Below are positions 59,445-64,000 of a DNA stretch of 64,000 nucleotides, in pieces. The DNA comes from Lama guanicoe (taxonomy: Eukaryota). Positions within the stretch are counted from its first letter, which is position 1, and each line of letters opens with the position of its first letter. The stretch lies in contig MU053873.1 of the NCBI GenBank assembly GCA_013239625.1, positions 2,556,524-2,620,523 of the forward strand, given 5' to 3'. Both the position numbers and the translations under genes were made by a program. The notes under the pieces are model-generated. The model was not told the DNA's origin. It saw only the letters and a list, made by a program, of their open reading frames with translations, and searched no databases.

Positions 59445-59935
59445 TGTATGAGTTAGCTATTGCTGTGTAACAAACCAAATCAAAACCTAGCAGCTAAAAA
59501 TGAGACACATTTAGCCATTGTTGCCCTTGAGTCTATTACTCTGCTGGATCTCCTGCTTTTCTGGGTATGCCTTGGCACATATTGGCTGGCTCTCTTATGC
59601 ATCTGTGGTCACCTGGGTTGCAAGGGTTTTACAATGGCCTCAGCTGGGACAGCTCATATCTGCTCCATGTGGCCTCTCATCCTCTAATAGGTTAGCCTGA
59701 ACTTCTCCTTATGGGAGTGGAGAACAGAGTGAAAATAGCTTCTCAGGACCTACACTCAAGACTGTCACACCATCACTTTCACTATGCCTTGTTGGCCAAA
59801 ATAAGTCACACGGACAGCCCGAAATCAAGAGGTGGGGGAAAAGACTCCACTCCGAGATGGGAGGAGCTGCAAAATCACATGGCAAGGGACATAAATACAA
59901 AAAGCAAGGGGAGATTCAGGGCCAGTTTTACAGGC
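59445..59935 (-). mobile_element. MaLR LTR (MLT1H/G-like)
   Basis: tgtatgagttagctattgctgtgtaacaaacc...agactccactccgagatgggaggagctgcaaaatcacatggcaaggg. Confidence 0.75.
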
Positions 59936-60783
59936 TTATCCTTATCCCTCTTTCTAGATGAGGATACTGAGGGTCAGAGAGGTTCAGAGACTTGCCTGAG
60001 ATCAGATAGCAGCTGAACAGCAGGAACAGAGCCAAGCTCCGACTGGACTCGAAACTGTGCTCTGAACTTCTCTTCCAGACTCTTCTCTATGCGCAAAAAA
60101 GGAAAAAAAAATACATTTTGGTAACTCAATTCACCAAAGGAAGAGGATTTTCAAATATTTTGACATCTCCAGTGGAGGTTTTGCCTGCTCGGGCTTCTGG
60201 GCCACCCCCTGCCCTCTAATCACAGGCCTGTTTTCCATCACCTGCTCTCCTCTTTCCTCCTGGGCCCTGCGGCTTCAGGCAATTTATCTTTCCCTCTTTT
60301 TTTTAATGGTCTCTTTAACACACGGGTTTTCTAACGAGACAAATCGAAGGGCTTGGGCGACAAGCAGAGCTTGCATGTGCTCATGGGAGGGGGTGCAGTG
60401 AGAAGCAAAAGGGAGTCCAGAGAAGAGACATGCACAGGCTGAGTGGTCCCTAAATTCCAGAACTGGGAAATTGTGTATCTTCAGGCACCCTATTTGCCCA
60501 TCCTTGTCCCTCAAATCTAGCGGCTCTTGTCCTGGCTTCCCCAGATTCCCATAGTCCTGAAAATGACTACAGAATCCCTTTGGAATTAGTTGCAGTAGTA
60601 TGGCTAGCCTAGAGACCCAGGCAGTCTGGAAAACTTTACTTTTTTGTAAGTGAGTATAACGTCTGTCCAAGCCTGTGTTCTGCCAGATGGCAGAAATACA
60701 ATTATAGTTCATTCAGGGTCCTCTGCCTCCTTCTTCCAGGGCTCTGTCTAAACTCTAGAAAGATTACGGTATCCCAACTTGAA

Positions 60784-61250
60784 TGCGTCAGTTAGCTGCT
60801 GCTGCTACCCCAAAACACAGTGGCTGAAAATGATAATAAACGTTTATTAGGTCCTATAGTTTCTGTAGGTCAGAAATTCACAAGTAGTTAGCCGGGTAGT
60901 CTGGCCCCAGGTGTCTCGTGAGACTGCCGTCAGATATAAGCTGGGGCTGCAGGCTCATCTGAAGGCTTGATTGGGGCTGGAGGCTCCATTTCCAAGGTGG
61001 TTCACTCACCTGGCTGTTGGCCAGGAGCCTCTCATCTTTCTATGTGGCCAACTTCACAACATGTGTCCTCCCAACATGGCTTTTTGTCAGAGCAAGAAAC
61101 CTAAGATAATGACATGGAAGCTGCAAGGTCCTTTGTGACCTGCTCTCCAAAGTCACACATCACTTCTGCTGTGCAGTACTGATCGCACAGACAATCCTGG
61201 TTTAATGAAGGGCAGAAGGCATGAAGGTACGAATTCCAGGAGGTGAGGCT
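60784..61250 (-). mobile_element. MaLR LTR (MLT1F-like)
   Basis: ttctgtaggtcagaaattc...catctgaaggcttgattggggctggagg...aagtcacacatcacttctgctg. Confidence 0.75.
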
Positions 61251-62844
61251 TGCTGAATGGCCATCAGGAGCGGCAGTCATCTCATCTTGTTCTTGGCTTC
61301 TGCTGGGATGTCCTTGCACACGTGTGGCTCATGGTACTTCAAAGATACCCTAATTCACTCCAGATCCCAAGCCTTCCCTACCCTTTCTCAGGATGCACCA
61401 GTGTCCCTGTCCCCCTCACTTTCCACCTAACTCTGTTCTGCAGCTCAGGGAATCTTTTCTAGGCTTAGGGGCAGGGCTGCTTCACTTTTACATCCTTCCA
61501 AATCTTTTGTCATATGCCCAGTCTTTGGCTGGCTTTTAAAATTCAAAAGCCAAGATTGGATTCCTTCCTTCTCTGAGTTCTGCTGTGTCATTCTTTCCCC
61601 GAGGCAACGCATGCTGCATGGTTGGGATGCTGCCTGAGTGAGGAGACTGGCCACAGGACATAAATAAATGCACAGGATTTTTTTTTTAAAGAGGAACTCA
61701 GTTAATATTTCAAAATATTTTCCTGCCATGCTGTAAAACACTGTGTTCATGTAAGTTGCCTTTTTCATTTCTGCTGATTTTCTCTGTGACCCAGTAAGAA
61801 ATACACCATATGTCCCTATTTTATAGACGAAGAAACAGGGTCAGAGAGGTTGGATGGCTTGCGAGGCCCACATCCCGGGATGGTGGCATAAGAGGGACAC
61901 AACCCCATGTTTTCTGACCCCAGGGCAGCACCCTGGCCACAAATGCACTACTTTCCAATGTCCTCTGCCTTCTTTTCCCCCCGAAATCTGCTTTCTGCAA
62001 GATTTTTTCCCCAGCCACTGAAAAGGTACACTCGTGGAACATGATGCCCTTTCTTGGGCATCTTGACCAGACATAAGAATTCTCTTAAGTTAAAGAGAAG
62101 GTGCTTGGATGGTGGCATTTTGGGCACAGGCACAAGTGGGAGAGGACCTGAAGGGTCACTAGACCAACCACATAGTCCTGAAATTACACACCAGGCAGGG
62201 TCTTGCTTCACCCACAGGTGTGTCTGACCTTCTGGGCAAGGAGGATCAGATATGGAAGGCAAGAGAAACAGATGGACTTACAGACAGAGCAGCAGGAGGG
62301 AAAATAAAAAAAGCAGTGGGAGTGACCCACTCCATCCTCTTACAACAAAGGACCTCTCCAAAAAGAGTGTCAGCATCTGAATTCGATACCAGCTCTAGAA
62401 GGTTATTAAGTTTGAACTTCTAATGAAGAACAGATGGGAAATGGAAAAAAAAAGAAAGATCAAAATATGCTTTCCATATTTCTTGCCTAAATGAAAGAAT
62501 TGTCAGGAACCATCGACTGCCTTTTTCATGGTGTCACATCCACCCAGTGGGATTCCTGAGTCAGCAAAGGGTGTTTCCCCTCTGGATCCAGGTTTGGCTA
62601 CCACAAGCAGAAAAGGCAGTGGTTTGTATGCTGTCCCTGGAGTGTGAAGGTGGTCACGCCACCAGCTCCCCGAGAGTCTGAAGGTCTATCACATGAGAGA
62701 TGCAAGGCACAGGCTTCAGAGGCACGTCAACCTGCATTCAAATTCTGAATCTGCCATTGTCTGCGTGACTTCAGGCAGGTTATTCAACCTCTCTGCATCT
62801 CAGTTTCCTCACCCACAAGGATCTTTAATGATTTAAATAAATTA

Positions 62845-63058
62845 GTGTATATATAAAATAGATAAACGACAAGGTCCCACTGTACAGCACAGGGAACCAT
62901 ATTCAGTACCTTGTAATTGCCTATAATGGAAAAGAATATGGAAAGGAATATACATGTATATATGTAAGTGAACCACGATGCTGTACACCGGAAACTAACA
63001 CAACATTGTAAACTGACTATACTTCAATAAAAAATACAATATTAAAAAATAAAAAATC
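62845..63058 (+). mobile_element. Artiodactyl-type LINE-1 3' end, 5'-truncated
   Basis: aaaatagataaacgacaaggtcccactgtacagcacagggaaccatattcag...gctgtacaccggaaactaacacaacattgtaaactgactatacttcaataaaa. Confidence 0.9.
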
Positions 63059-63221
63059 AAATCAAATCATGTTATCGATATTCATATCAATTATGTCCTG
63101 AGTGTGACGCTTAGTATATCTATTAATAAAACTTGGGTTTTCCTCTTTTAAAAAATCAACCTAGAGGAATAGTCTTACGGTAACTACTAAAATAACACAT
63201 GACAGTTGCAGTAAAGATGGT

Positions 63222-63553
63222 ACCATGTGTTCATCAAATGCTGTTCCATATTCATCCTTCCCGGACACACAGAAAACTTACCCCCTTCTGGGTAAGTGGG
63301 GTCATGTGATTGGTCCTATGCGTGGGCATAATAAGCATCACTTCCAAGCTGGCAGTTCTCTTGCCCTCTGTTAATACAGGAGGCCTTGTGTTGAAACGGG
63401 GAAACACAGATTTAAGGAGCCTGGATCACTGAGCCACCACACAGAGTACAGCTGCCCAAGGCCCAGAGTGGATTTTACAAAATGAGCTTTGCTTACGAGG
63501 CTTCCTTGAGCTCATCTGCTGATGAAGCAGCCCAGCTTATCCTGACTAATTCA
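63222..63553 (+). mobile_element. LTR33-family LTR
   Basis: ccttcccggacacacag...ggggtcatgtgattggtcc...ggagcctggatcactgagccacc...cttatcctgactaat. Confidence 0.55.
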
Positions 63554-64000
63554 GCAGCATTGTTATTAGTGTTGTGTGGTGTCTGGAAGACCCCTATTTA
63601 AATTCAAATAGGTTACCTAGGATTGTTAACTGACTAACTGACCCACATGGAATCTGTGGATGGTTTATTCATATCCCTGTTGGGAGCAGGCGATGATATG
63701 GCAGGTTGATTTGAAGGAAAAGGGGATAGAAAGGGTTTATCACGGGGAACCATAGAGTCTGTCCAAACCCAGTGGTCTCAGAGTATCCTAGTCCTCTCAT
63801 ATCAGATACATGATGTCATCCTATCTACATCACTGCCCCTCATCCCCCACTCCATCCGTCATGCACCCACCTCTTAACCACCCAGCATCATTTCACTCTC
63901 CTGGCCACAAGCTAGCCGCTCCAACCTGATGGCAGGTTTAGCTGCTCTAGTTTTGACCTTGACACGGCCAGTACATGACACTGCATCCTAGCACCTCCAC

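Noticed and set aside
1..64000. Prokaryotic-style systems (CRISPR arrays, operons, defence islands) or an intact transposase/retroviral gene
   Set aside because: The sequence is mammalian non-coding DNA with no regularly spaced repeats and no long or domain-bearing ORFs

Overview
Mammalian, almost certainly camelid (alpaca/llama/camel), non-coding DNA. The species call rests on a vic-1-type tRNA-derived SINE at 58656-58776, artiodactyl-type L1 ends, and no visible Alu, B1/B2, Bov-tA/BovB, PRE-1 or SINEC elements. I find no credible protein-coding exon; the only ORFs that resemble a real protein are decayed LINE-1 ORF2 fragments. Much of the window is ancient repeats: dozens of MIR and L2 fragments, MLT1/MLT2/MER21/LTR33 LTRs, and hAT DNA transposons (MER5A, MER20, MER58A, MER63, MER91, Charlie-like). 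Between them lie a dozen or so repeat-free blocks rich in homeodomain (TAATTA), POU octamer, SOX, TCF, TALE and forkhead motifs. These look like conserved non-coding enhancers, so the window reads as a gene desert or giant intron near a developmental regulator; I cannot identify the gene. Most noteworthy: (1) a polyadenylated ERV-LTR transcript retro-copied into an L2 with a 15-bp TSD; (2) an orphan CpG-rich L1 5'UTR carrying a consensus CTCF site; (3) the same 15-bp near-palindromic POU element in two enhancer-like blocks 30 kb apart. Repeat families were recognised by eye from remembered consensus sequences, so subfamily names and most boundaries are approximate. I see no support for a wholly new biological system.
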